Below are positions 50,076-60,581 of a stretch of 64,000 nt of DNA, in pieces. Source of the DNA: Lama glama (Eukaryota); the NCBI GenBank assembly GCA_028534125.1, contig CM052833.1:19592001-19656000 (forward strand), written 5' to 3'. Both the position numbers and the translations under genes were made by a program. The notes beneath the pieces are model-generated. The model had not been told where the DNA came from. It saw only the letters and a list, made by a program, of their open reading frames with translations, and did not search any database. The first letter of the stretch is position 1. Each line of letters opens with the position of its first letter.

Positions 50076-51833
50076 TTGCAGGCTTCTGCTGGGTTTCGAG
50101 CAACAGCAGGATGCTCCTTCTCGCGGCCGTCACCCGCTGTGGGTGAGGTCAGCTGTGAGTGCCCTCGGCTGCGACCCGGGCGGCGTCTGGCTGCAGTGGC
50201 GGCACTTGCAGCCTGGGCTCCGGGAGGAAGGAGTCTCGGAGAGCCCCCAGCCTCTCCCTCGCTTTGTGTCTGTCTGCCTTGGAAGGTGCAGGGCCCCCTC
50301 AGTCCTGGTTGGGAGGCCCCTGCATCTCCTGTCGTGCTTTGGTGTCAGATGGGAAACCCCAGAAGGGTGTGAGGGGGCACAGCAGTCCCTGGGAGCAGGC
50401 GACATGGTTGGATGGTCTCAGGGTTCCTGGTCATGTGTCCCACGCCCAGCACGCACCACCTTCTACGTGACGATCCTGGTGACCAGCAGGTGGAGTCTGA
50501 ACCAGGGCCGTCCTGAAGTGGTCACTTCTGCCTGGACCTGTCTAGGGAGAAATCGTCTCTTCACAAGGTTTGCTGCTCAGTGGTTCTCCCATAAAGTTTT
50601 CCTCAACTTCTTCTTGGAAGTCGGGAGGAAGCCGGGCTCCTGTGAGAGGTGATGCGGGCAGGCTGAGAAAACAAGTTCGTCTGCGAGGACATGGGGCTGT
50701 CGGTGGGGGGGCGTGGGCCTCGGGAGATGGGAAGCAGGGCCATGCAGGGCAGGGCCGTCTGCGCCATGGCGGGCACTGGAGGTGACACCAGTCGGGTCTG
50801 CTGGGGGGCCCGTGCCCCGTGTCCACACTCCTGCTCAGAAACCTGGAGGCATGCTGCATCTCTCCAGCCCATGTCTGCACCAGAGTGAGCTTGGTGGGCT
50901 TCCCGGGCAACCTTGGGCGGAGACCCCGGGCTGCTGAGGACGTGGAAGTGACCACCTAGTGGAAGGAGGTCTTCCCAGAGGCTCACTCCTCTGCGGATGG
51001 GACGGGTTTGCAGCGGTACGTCTACCATCAGACTTAGTGATGTGTGCTACCATTACTTGATTACTTCTGTGTTATTGGAAAGTCTGGCAGGAAAAAGCAG
51101 AAGGTGACTGGGCCACAGTTCTTGGGTGAAGGCAAGACAGCACTGCTGGTGCCATCCTGGCCCCAGGAGAGCAGCCGCTCACTCTAGCGTGCCGTCCAGA
51201 CTGTGCTGAGACCCGTGGCACATCATGGCACTTGGGCCTGGACATCTTCCTCACGTGGCACTGGCTCCCTGCCCTGTTCATCTCTGTCCCCGCACTTGGA
51301 ACCTCAGCGCTCCAGAAACACGGCACCTGTGGCTTTTCCGGCTCCTTCCCGTCTCAGGGCTCGCCTCCCAGGCTGCCGCACTCAGCTGGGACTCTGGATG
51401 CCACAGCACAGAAGGGGGCCACTGCAGCAGGTCACAAAATGCTGTGCTGCTTTACGAACAAAGACCTTCCTGTTTCTCCTGAGCCAGCCTCTGCCAGGTC
51501 CAAGCAGGAGCCAAAAGGAAAGCGTTCGGAGCTGGAGCTTATGTTCCCAGTGGCAGTGTTTGTGACTCCCTTTTGTCTCCTGCCCCCACGAAATATCTCT
51601 CTAGGGCACAGAGCTTTTTTGAAGTGAGAAGTGATTGTCATCCCATGTTTTTCTGCTGTCCCCAGCGAGTCACTGACCACCCTTAAAAGAAAGAAAAACT
51701 CTCAGAAATACAAAGGAGGCCTTTAGAGGGAGGGTTATCATAAAGGAAGTCTTCGGGAGGGAATTTTGTCTCCTAGAAGTTACGGCAAAGTTCGGGAGAG
51801 TAGGTCCTTGCCTGGTTTATAGCCTGTCCTTTT

Positions 51834-52125
51834 TTTTTTTTTATTGAGTTACAGTCATTTTACAGTGTTGTGTCAATTTTTCAGTTTTGTATGAACATAC
51901 ACATATTCACTGTTGCCTTCTTTTCCGCTGTGAGCTGCCACAAGATCTTGTATGTTCTTCCCCGTGCTATACCGTATGATCCTGTTTATCTATCCTACAC
52001 ATGCCTGTCAGTTATCTACAAATTTCGAACTCCCAGTCTGTCCCTTCCCACCCTCCTCCCGCTTGGCAACCACAAGTTTGTCTTCTATGTCTGTGAGTCT
52101 GTTTCTGTCTTGTATTTATGTTCTT
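51834..52125 (-). mobile_element. 5'-truncated younger L1 3' end with a perfect 14-bp target-site duplication
   Basis: Poly(T) followed by TTATTGAGTTACAGTCATTTTACA..GGCAACCACAAGTTTGTCTTCTATGTCTGTGAGTCTG. The duplication TAGCCTGTCCTTTT lies at 51820-51833 and 52126-52139, and the right copy is followed by AA (TTTT/AA endonuclease site). Confidence 0.9.
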
Positions 52126-55100
52126 TAGCCTGTCCTTTTAATGGTCACCAAGTCGTGTTCTGATATTTCTGATTTTAAACACTTCTGGTTGGAATGAGCG
52201 GCTGCTTTATCGAAGCTTCTGCACCAGAGGATAAATGTGAGGTCAGGGAGGTGAGTCCCAGCCTCTGCTGTGCCCCTGGCGCCTCGGGCTGAGACCTTCA
52301 GCCTGGCTGGGAGAGAGAACAGGTGTGGTGGGTCCACGTCCTCAGGGCAGCGGCAGGACAGGAGGGGCTGTGGCCTCACAGGGTGGAGTGTTGAGTGAGG
52401 GGTCCGTGGCTGCTTGGGAGGGAGGTCCGCGGTGGGCCGTGAGCACCGCTTGGGAGCTGTTGGCTCGTGGCAGTGAGGGCCTGGCTTTGAAGAAAGGGTT
52501 GACAGCACTGAGCAAAACGATGTGTGGTTTTCTGTGGAAAGGAACCCTTAGCAGAAGTTTTAAAACTATTATTGGACATTTTGACCTTACACTTAACCAA
52601 ATAAGTCCTATGCTTAATTTCCTGGTAGCATTTTTTCCTTCATGGTTTAGCCTTTTTCTTAAGTATCTGAATTTGCACGAGACTAGTCCCAGATTTCTTC
52701 CGGTTTAACCACTGTGATCTGCAGCAGATGTGGAGGGAAAGAGAAACAGGGCTACCCATGGGAAAGCCAGCTCCGGGGCTGTTAACACCTGCGTTGACTG
52801 AAAGATGTTGGATTTGGGAAATGGGACAAATACTTCAACGGTTAGGGTCAGGCCTTGGGAACTGGGGGCTAGCCCTGCACTCAGTGGGTGCAGGCCGTGG
52901 GAGCCCGGGTGCCGTCTTCCCCACACGCTGACGGCAGACTAAGTGGGGAGACAGTGCAGGGCCTCCACGCCCACCGGGGCTGGGACGGGAGAGGAGCAGC
53001 CACACTTTCTGCTCTTGTTGGTGGGCCGGAGTCGAGCAGGAGAACCGATCTCTCATAACCACCACTTCCTAAGCTTGGAGAGTGCGATGCAGGCCAGCGG
53101 TCCTCACCCCAGGAAGGCGCAAGGACACCAAGTTTCAGGTGTAGTTTGGGGTTCGTACCCCAACCCTGAAGCCCACCTGTGAATTCTTGGCTAAGAGCAC
53201 TTTGCTACAAGCTTGGGAGGTGCCTTAGGAAACAAAAGTAAAGCAAGTGGCTGCATCATCTTTCTGACAAATGACCGCCTTACTGTCATGTATCTGTGGG
53301 GCACGTTGGAGAGTGCCCCCGAACTACAGTGACTGGTCTGGGATCCTGCTTGTCCCGGGAGACGAGAGTGACTTTCCAGTCCCACCTTCGGGCCTCCCAG
53401 GCCAGCATGTCCCCACCACCAGCACTGTCCTCCTCCAGGTGGGGTTTGCTGAGCCTGGTTCTGGCTCCTAGAGGAGTTGGGGGACCTGTAGGAAAGAAGC
53501 TCATGGAACTGTCACCCTCAGAGGAAGGGGACGCGGCCCCCTTGGGAGAAGTAGTGGATACACGCAGTGTTGGCAGGTATGTAGGCACATCTTGAAAACA
53601 GCTGAATGGGGTGCTGGTGCTGGCTGGCTGACTGGTGTGTCCAGCTTGAGCGCTTTTGTTTTCGGCCATGAAAATAAGCTGGGATGAAAAATAAGCTGAA
53701 ACCCAGTGAGGGTTGATGCAGGAGCTCAGAACAGAACCCGTGAAATTGCAGCGACCAGCTTGAAAGAGCCCCAGGTCTGTTCTGAGTCAGGGGTCGCAGT
53801 GGACCACTAAGTGCTGCAGGTTGGTGATAATGAGCTGTTTGTTTAAAGTGATACTGGGGCTTTATGAACATGGGAAACCCAGAAAATACTCATGAAAGAA
53901 GGAGTAACCGAGTCACGGTCACCTGACTTCTCACGTGGAGTCCTCTGACTGCGTGGAAGGTGCCCCCCTCCCTTGCTGAGCCTGGAGCCCGGTCACCCAC
54001 GCTGGCTCCCTCCTTGACGGGTAACCGGCCGGGCCGGAAGGGAGGGAGTCCCTTTTCTTGCGTGCAGCTGAAGGATGTGCTCTTGGTGTGACTGCTGGGT
54101 GCGGAGGCCCTGGGCTCATCTGAATTGGAGGTTTACGCTGGGGAGACGGTGCCGTCGGGTTGGGCTCCCAGACGAGGTGTCCAGAGGCTGCGTGCAGCAG
54201 GGCTGAAATGCTGCCTTTCCTGTAACGTGTTTTAGTGACATGTGGATTGAAGACACTTCCACAGGGTGTCCCGGATGCCACCCCACCTTTTGTGGTGTGT
54301 GTTTTCCATAGAAAAGTTAGTCCCCAGTTGCAACTAGCTGGCTTTTGTCTGAACTTTGGAATGCAGTCCACGCACATCAGCTGGGCCGTGTGCACTTGGT
54401 ACGAGTCAGACTCTTCTTACAGGGCAGGTCCTTCCTGGTTCCTCTCCATTCCCCCCTCCCCTCCCTGAATCCCAGAAATGCCTCTGCCTTAGTAATGCTG
54501 AGCTTCCCCCCCACTCTGTGCTTACACGTGTCTCATTTCTATGGACGCCCTCCTCGGGGCAACTTGAGGGGCCTCCGGACCAGTCTTCTTTCTCTGGCCC
54601 CTGCTGTATGTGCCCTAGCCCCTGCCCCACCCCTTTAGCATCTTTTCTCTGCCAGGACGGCGCTCCAGCTCCTGGCCCCTGGGTTCAACCCCAGACCCCG
54701 CCTCTGCCCTCTCTGCTCCAGCGGTTGAGCCTGTCCAGCACTCCACTCCTGCGCTCACTCTCTGCCCCACCCCTTGCCCCAGCTTGGCAGACACCTCCAG
54801 GCCCTGGATTCTCTGTCAGAACCACTCACTGGGCTCTCTGTACCTGCAGGAGCCCACGGACCTCATCCCCACACGACAGCGGGTGGTGTGGGGAGTGCCG
54901 GCTGCCCCCGCGGGACTTGTTCTTGGAACCAGCTCAGATGCCGATGGAAGCACCACCTTGGCTGTTGGGAGGACTCCGGGCCCCCGAGGGTGATGAGTGC
55001 TGGTGTGTCTGCTGACAGACAGGGGGCGCCTGTCCGCCCCCACGTTCTCCTGGGACCGGACCACCTGTCACCTCCTCTCCTGGTTGACTGGGCATGCCTT

Positions 55101-56329
55101 GTCCAGAAGCAGGGCTCGGGACTCAATATGGCCACTAAATTTCGTACATTTTACTATGTTATAAAAATATAAACATGTTTTTAAACTGCAGCTGCTTCTC
55201 AGGGAAGCCCTCGACAGGGAGAGAGGCAGCGTCACCTGATTGTTACAAGTTTGCCTCGCGGCGCAGCTTCTGCCGAGCTCGTCTCGTCTCCGCTAAGCTG
55301 TCTGGAGGCGTCTGGCATATTCTGCACAGCTGGGCCGCTTGCCTTCTGTCTTCTCCAGAGACTCTCCTGTGTTCTTGGGAGCTTTCTCTTTGGGAACACG
55401 AGGAAGGGACTTGTGCAGTTATAAAAAGAAATGAGAGATCACCCAGCCACGAAATTGCATCTTTGCTTGTTTGGCCCAGCATTCATTTCCAGCTCATCCA
55501 TTTCTAAAGTTTGCCCAGCAGTGTGAACCTGGTAATTTTAGTTCTGTGGTTTCTGTGGACTCCCAGACCCTTGCCCAGTTGTTGAGAATGTAAACTGCAG
55601 ACGTGTCTTGGTGGGCGTGTGAGCAGGAAGGGGCTGAGGCTCCCTGCACTGCTGGCACCTGAGCTGGGCTGCGCGTGCATGTGGGTGTGGGCACACTCGT
55701 GTGGGTGTGTGCAGCAGAGGGTTACGGGGGAGACTGCGGCGTTTAACGGTTTAGAACATAGAAAAGTGCATCTGTCCTGCTGTAATTTACTCACACTGGG
55801 AGGAACGTGGCCTTTGAGAGTTGGAGTCACTGTCACTTGGGATTTTGGCCTGTGGTTTTTCCAGCGTTTGCTGTAGGTGTCGTCTGAGGCAGTAACTAAA
55901 ACCCTGGGACATGGTCTGACTTTGTAACCGAGCAGGACCCTGCTGTCAACATCGGGAGCATCTGACGTCTGCAGTGGTGTTTGTAACTGCGTAGCTGTGC
56001 AGTGGTGTGAAGGGGTTTTCTCACGCTCTCGCTGACCAGGGTTGGGCTGCAGCAGGAGGCTTGGGTGGTCTGCCCCCGCCACCCCTGTGGTGCTGGCACG
56101 AGGATCATGCTCGGTGTCCTCCTGACCCCGACACCTCGGAAACAGCAGTTGGGAGTTTGTGCATCTTGCTGCACATCACTTGCCCTGACTGCTCGTGTCT
56201 GCAGTTGTTTTGGACCCCTTGTGGTTTCCTGGTATCCTGTTGCTCGAGCTGCAGGCCTCAGCCTGCTTAAAAGGCTATAAACCATTTATTAACTTGACTT
56301 TAAACTACGCAAGTTCTTCTCTAGAGCTC

Positions 56330-56705
56330 TGTTCCACGGAGCCCCTTCCTATGCACCCTTTGTTCCAGGTACAAGAATATTAGGAGAGTCCCAAAGCCAG
56401 AGGTGAACTTCATACCCAGTGGAGGAAAGGGGACCCCTCCATCTGCAAAAAATAAGAACTTTGCAACAATTTGTTACCTGTATGTGATCTCTGTGGAAAC
56501 TAGTTCCACCCCTTGAACTGTTGAATTTTTAATATAAAACCCCTGGCCTTCTCTCCCAAGCAGGTGCACAGTCTTAGAGGCATTCGCCCACTGTGACCTC
56601 CTTTGCCTGCAAAGAAATGAAGCTGCTTTTTCTGCTACATCCGAAACTCTGTCCTCGAGTCCCAGTTCAGTAAATGGGGTGCAGAGGCCCCCAACTTTTA
56701 TCTCA
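56330..56705 (+). mobile_element. Solo LTR, ERV1-like, in sense orientation
   Basis: TG...CA termini flanked by GCTC and GCTT (4-bp TSD, one mismatch). TATAAAA at 56533-56539. The R/U5-like tract CACAGTCTTAGAGGCATTCGCCCACTGTGACCTCCTTTGCCTG..AATGAAGCTGCTTTTTCT..AAACTCTGTCCTCGAG is typical of ERV1 LTRs. Confidence 0.75.
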
Positions 56706-57894
56706 GCTTCTGATGAAATTCATGCTTTTGCCAAAACCAGGAACAAAAGGTCTGGGGACTGTGGACACATCCTAGGAGTTAGAAGCAGGACAGAGCAGAG
56801 GTGACAGTGGGTGCCTCCGTGCACACTCAGATGGTCTGGGAAATGCTGTCTTCTCAGAGGGACCACAGCCTCGGCGTTCGCAGGAGCAGTGACCCAGGCT
56901 GCTGTAATTCAGCAGCAGCACACATGTGTATGCGCAGGTGTGCACGGTGTCCGCTTGCAGGCAGGCTCATCTTCCGAGGGTGGTCAGAGTTTGTGTGGGA
57001 CTAAGAGCTGGGAGCTGGAGCAGGTAGCCGTGGGGTCTGGTCACAAACACCTTGAACCTCATTTTATGTGGCCCATCCAGAAGGAGGGCAGCTAGTGCTG
57101 GTTCTTCGCTCTTGCAGTGAAATTGAGAAAAGTCATATATTTGAAAAGCAAAATAAATTTTTTTGAGAGCTACATTGAATGTTTTAAACTTTAAAACACT
57201 CAGTAGGTTTGTGTTTCACCTGAAGTATGACGTGGCTAGAGCAGGCCGTCTCTGCCATCCCTGAAATGAGCTCTGTTCTGCAGGCACTGGCACTCAGCTG
57301 TGCTGGGGGAGAAGCCGGCCTGGGAGAGCCGGGGGCTGAGCCTGGCAGCAGGCAGGCAGCAGACGTGGACAGCTGTTTTCGAATCTCTCCAGCGCCAGGA
57401 CTGTCCTCCCTGGTGTCTGCCTTTACTGGGGAGGCCAGCAAGAGAGCATGCAGGCCAGCTCGTGGGGTGGACCAGCAACATCTTCACAGTTCTGTCTTTA
57501 AGAAGAGTCTGCTCAAGTTTTCCAGGAGGCAGAATTAGAATTCCTCCATAACATATGGCACCTAGAAGTCCTAAGGGATTCTGGAGTTCTTATGGAGAAT
57601 GCCAGACATCCTAGACACTGTTCTGACACAGAGCCTGTGCTACCACAGGCTGGCTGACTGGGCCGTTCTGCCAGCACCATCCGCCCTTGGGTGTGGCTGG
57701 GCCCGGGGTGGAAGGTGCAGAAAGCACCTGTCCCGGGGTTTGGGGCCGCCCTGGCCCGCGTGCTGAGCACCGCTCCTTAAAACCACTGCTGGGGCCAGTC
57801 TGCCTCGCTCCCTCCATGCGATGTGCTCAGGGCCCAGACCCTCCGAGCCCCATGTTTACTTGTTTAATCCAAAGGAGGAGTTTGGATTAGACTG

Positions 57895-58016
57895 TAGTTG
57901 CAGAAGAAACCTGGGGGTTTTGTTAAATGCAGGCTCTGGTCCCAAGGAGTCGGGGCGGGGCCCGAGGTCCTGCATTTCTAACCAGCTGCGTGGCCCACGC
58001 TCTGAGTGTGAGGCTT
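57895..58016. mobile_element. MER5A-like (hAT-Charlie) fragment
   Basis: AGAAACCTGGGGGTTTTGTTAAATGCAGGCTCTGG..GGGGCGGGGCCCGAGGTCCTGCATTTCTAACCAGCT..CCCACGCTCTGAG. Confidence 0.75.
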
Positions 58017-59367
58017 AGGTAGGTGGTTTATTTTACCCTCCCAAGTGCCCTGTAAGGGGTTCTTAGCCTCATGTCACGGAGGAGGAGACGGGCTGTGCTC
58101 CAGCTGATGCGGTCGGGGCAGGATCTAACCCGTCCTGACGTGGGCCGCTCTGACACCCCCGTACCGCCTTCCACGTGCTTCTGGGCTCGGAGGAGTAACC
58201 ACAGCTCTCAGGGCTGTGGAAGCCACCTGCTAGGGCGGAGCTTACCAGTGTGAAGTCAGCACTGCCACAAACACAGAATGACAGTGATTTTATTTTTCCA
58301 TCAGAGGGAAGATATACTGTATTGGCATCGACAGTGTGTAGGTCAGCTCCGTGGTCTGTTAACACAGGGTGTTGCTGCGTGTAGACCGATAGAGTTAATA
58401 AGCTTGCTCGTGTGGTCACTTCCCCTGACGTTCCTACCGCAGGACGGGGCGTTGGGGAGTCACATTTCTCCACAAAACTCTGTGTGTTGCAGTTCTGTAA
58501 GCACTGAGAGCACATCAGTGAGGGGTCCCTGCCATAGCTAATGTCCAAAAATATCAAAGTATCCTGTTTTGAGTCTGACGGAACGCAATGGGTGTACGAG
58601 ACATGTGTCTCCAAGGGCATCTGGCGACACGTGCACACAGGATATTTAACGCGATTTGCAGGCTAGTGCCCCAGACAAATCCAGGAAGTCTACCCAGGGC
58701 CGCTGACCTCCTTGGGTGGTTTTGGGGCCTTTGGTTTGTGGCCGGGTGATTCTGAGCTCCCTGCCCGCTGGGCAGAGTGACGGGAGGGCTTGCGGGGCCG
58801 CTTCTGAATCAGGGCCCAGGGTCCCGGCTCCAGCCTGCTCTCTACCCTTGGAAACGTGCTCGCCCTCCCTGAGCTGCTCCCTCCTCTGCGTTGGGGAGTA
58901 AGAGATGTGCTGTGCTTGGACGTGCCTCCCTCGGTGTTCAGCCACCGCGGCCACACTCCTCACTCGCGAGTCTTCCTCTGCGAGCATCCCTGGGGTGCCC
59001 ACAGGCAATTGGCACCCCTGCTCCACCCAGGGTTTCTTCTGTAGCTGATGAGCTCCGCCAAGCTGGAGCCGGAGCGCACCCCAGGCAGCCCACCACAGGC
59101 TCAGGGCCGTCAGCAGTCCAGCCCTATCCAGCAGGTGTCCCTGAGGTGTGCGGGGGCCAGGGCAGGAGTGAGGGCAGTGCCACAGGACAGGATGTGGTGG
59201 GACCAGGAAGACCCTCCATCTGCCCTCATCCCGGCCGCCAGTCCTCTGTGCCCAAGGTGTGGATGTTGGGGAGGGTGCTACCCAGCCCCTACCTGCGTGA
59301 CCCAGCGTGAGCCCTTTTCTGACAGAGTCCTCCTGGCCAGCAGCCTGAGTCCTGCTGCAGCAAGAGG

Positions 59368-59480
59368 GTGTGCCGTGTGTGCACACTGGTGTGTGTGTGT
59401 GTGCACGTGTGTACTGAGTGCATTGTACGTGCATTTATGTGCACTGAGTTCATCATGCCCGTGTGTGTGTGCATGTGTGC
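59368..59480. repeat. Imperfect (TG)n-rich microsatellite
   Basis: GTGTGTGCACACTGGTGTGTGTGTGTGTGCACGTGTGTAC..GTGTGTGTGTGCATGTGTG. Confidence 0.8.
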
Positions 59481-60426
59481 TGCACTCCCAGGCAGCAGTG
59501 CTGGGACAGAGCTCTCCCGTCTCGCCTGTCCTTCCCTCTGCCTTGAGCGTCCCCGCTGTACAGCAGAGCCGTGCACCGTCCTCCTCACTCTCCCAGAGCC
59601 TCCAGCTCTGCACACGGATGGCCTCGCAGTAGCCTCCCTTCCGGGTGTGGGGAGCCTCAGGAACACAGCTGCGCAGCGCTTGGCTTGGCCAGGAGCCGGC
59701 CGGCGGGAAGTCTGGGACCCCGGGCTGCCCTCAGGCACTGCGCTGCCGGCCCTCCCTGCAGGACCAAGGGGCTCAGTGCCCTGTTGCTCTGGAAGGCGTG
59801 CTGTGGCGCTGTCCTGTGTTGGGGTGCATGGTCACAGTTTAAACAGTTGTGCTGGTGATGGCAGAACCCAGCAGGGCCCAGGGACGGTGCAGACATGTCT
59901 TCTAAATCACTTGCACAGGGGAGCCTCTGCAGCGCAGAGGTCGGGCTTTTCACTGCTACGTTTTCCCTCCAGGGCTGCGTGGACCCTGCGTGGAAGTACT
60001 CCACACCACAGAGGTGGGTTTAGCTGTGCTGGGGGTAGGGGAGTGCAGGCGTCAATCTGGCAGAGATGGGGTTCAGGTGCTGAGTGCGCTGAGTTTCTCG
60101 TATCCCAGGAGGGGGCCTCTGCAGGGCTGCCCGCCCAGGAGAAGGAGTCCAGAGCTGGGCATGCTGGGCCGGCTGGAGTTCAGGGGCGATGGGGGCCCCT
60201 CACGATGTTGGGCCAATGGGATGCGCTTGCCGAGCCCTTCCTGTCCCGAATTGCACAGCAGGGCTGGTTTCTTATCAAGGTCAGGCTGAGCCCAGAGGTC
60301 GCCCTCCCCTCTGCGCCGTCAGAGCAGAGTCTGGCCTTGCCCTGGGACCGTCCCAGGAGGCTGGGAGGAAGACAGGTCTGGGGAGCAGGCTGGCACCAGG
60401 CTGACAACTCTCCTCTTCTGTCACAG

Positions 60427-60581
60427 CACAGCTGGAGCTGGCCCAGGTGGTCGTCATCGTGGTGGTGGTCACGGTCATGGTCGTTGTCATCGTCTGCCTG
60501 CTTAGCCACTACCGAGTCTCCACTCGGTCCTTCATCCACCGCCCGAGCCGGGGCCGGAGGCCTGGGGATGGGCTGCAGCCG
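60427..60581 (+). CDS. LDLRAD4: LDLRAD4 coding exon (155 nt): transmembrane helix and juxtamembrane region
   Basis: Branch point CTGAC (60401) and CTCTCCTCTTCTGTCACAG| acceptor, donor CCG|GTAAGT, phase 1-0. It encodes (S)[51 protein letters not shown], the PMEPA1/LDLRAD4 TM signature. Confidence 0.96.

Noticed and set aside
55923-56329. TGTAACCGAGCAGGACCCT as an alternative 5' end of the LTR
   Set aside because: It resembles an LTR start, but I found no matching TSD with the 56705 end, and 56330 gives the better TG/TSD fit. A longer or nested element is not excluded.
58646-59434. 262-aa minus-strand ORF and other 100-260-aa ORFs (e.g. 30931-31698, 54356-55015, 61849-62529)
   Set aside because: Pro/Gly/Arg/Ala-rich composition, overlapping frames on both strands, no recognisable homology and no exon structure.
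24407-60426. Intronic miRNAs or antisense lncRNA recalled for the human locus
   Set aside because: I could not identify a convincing pre-miRNA hairpin or homology by eye. It would need miRBase or Infernal searches.
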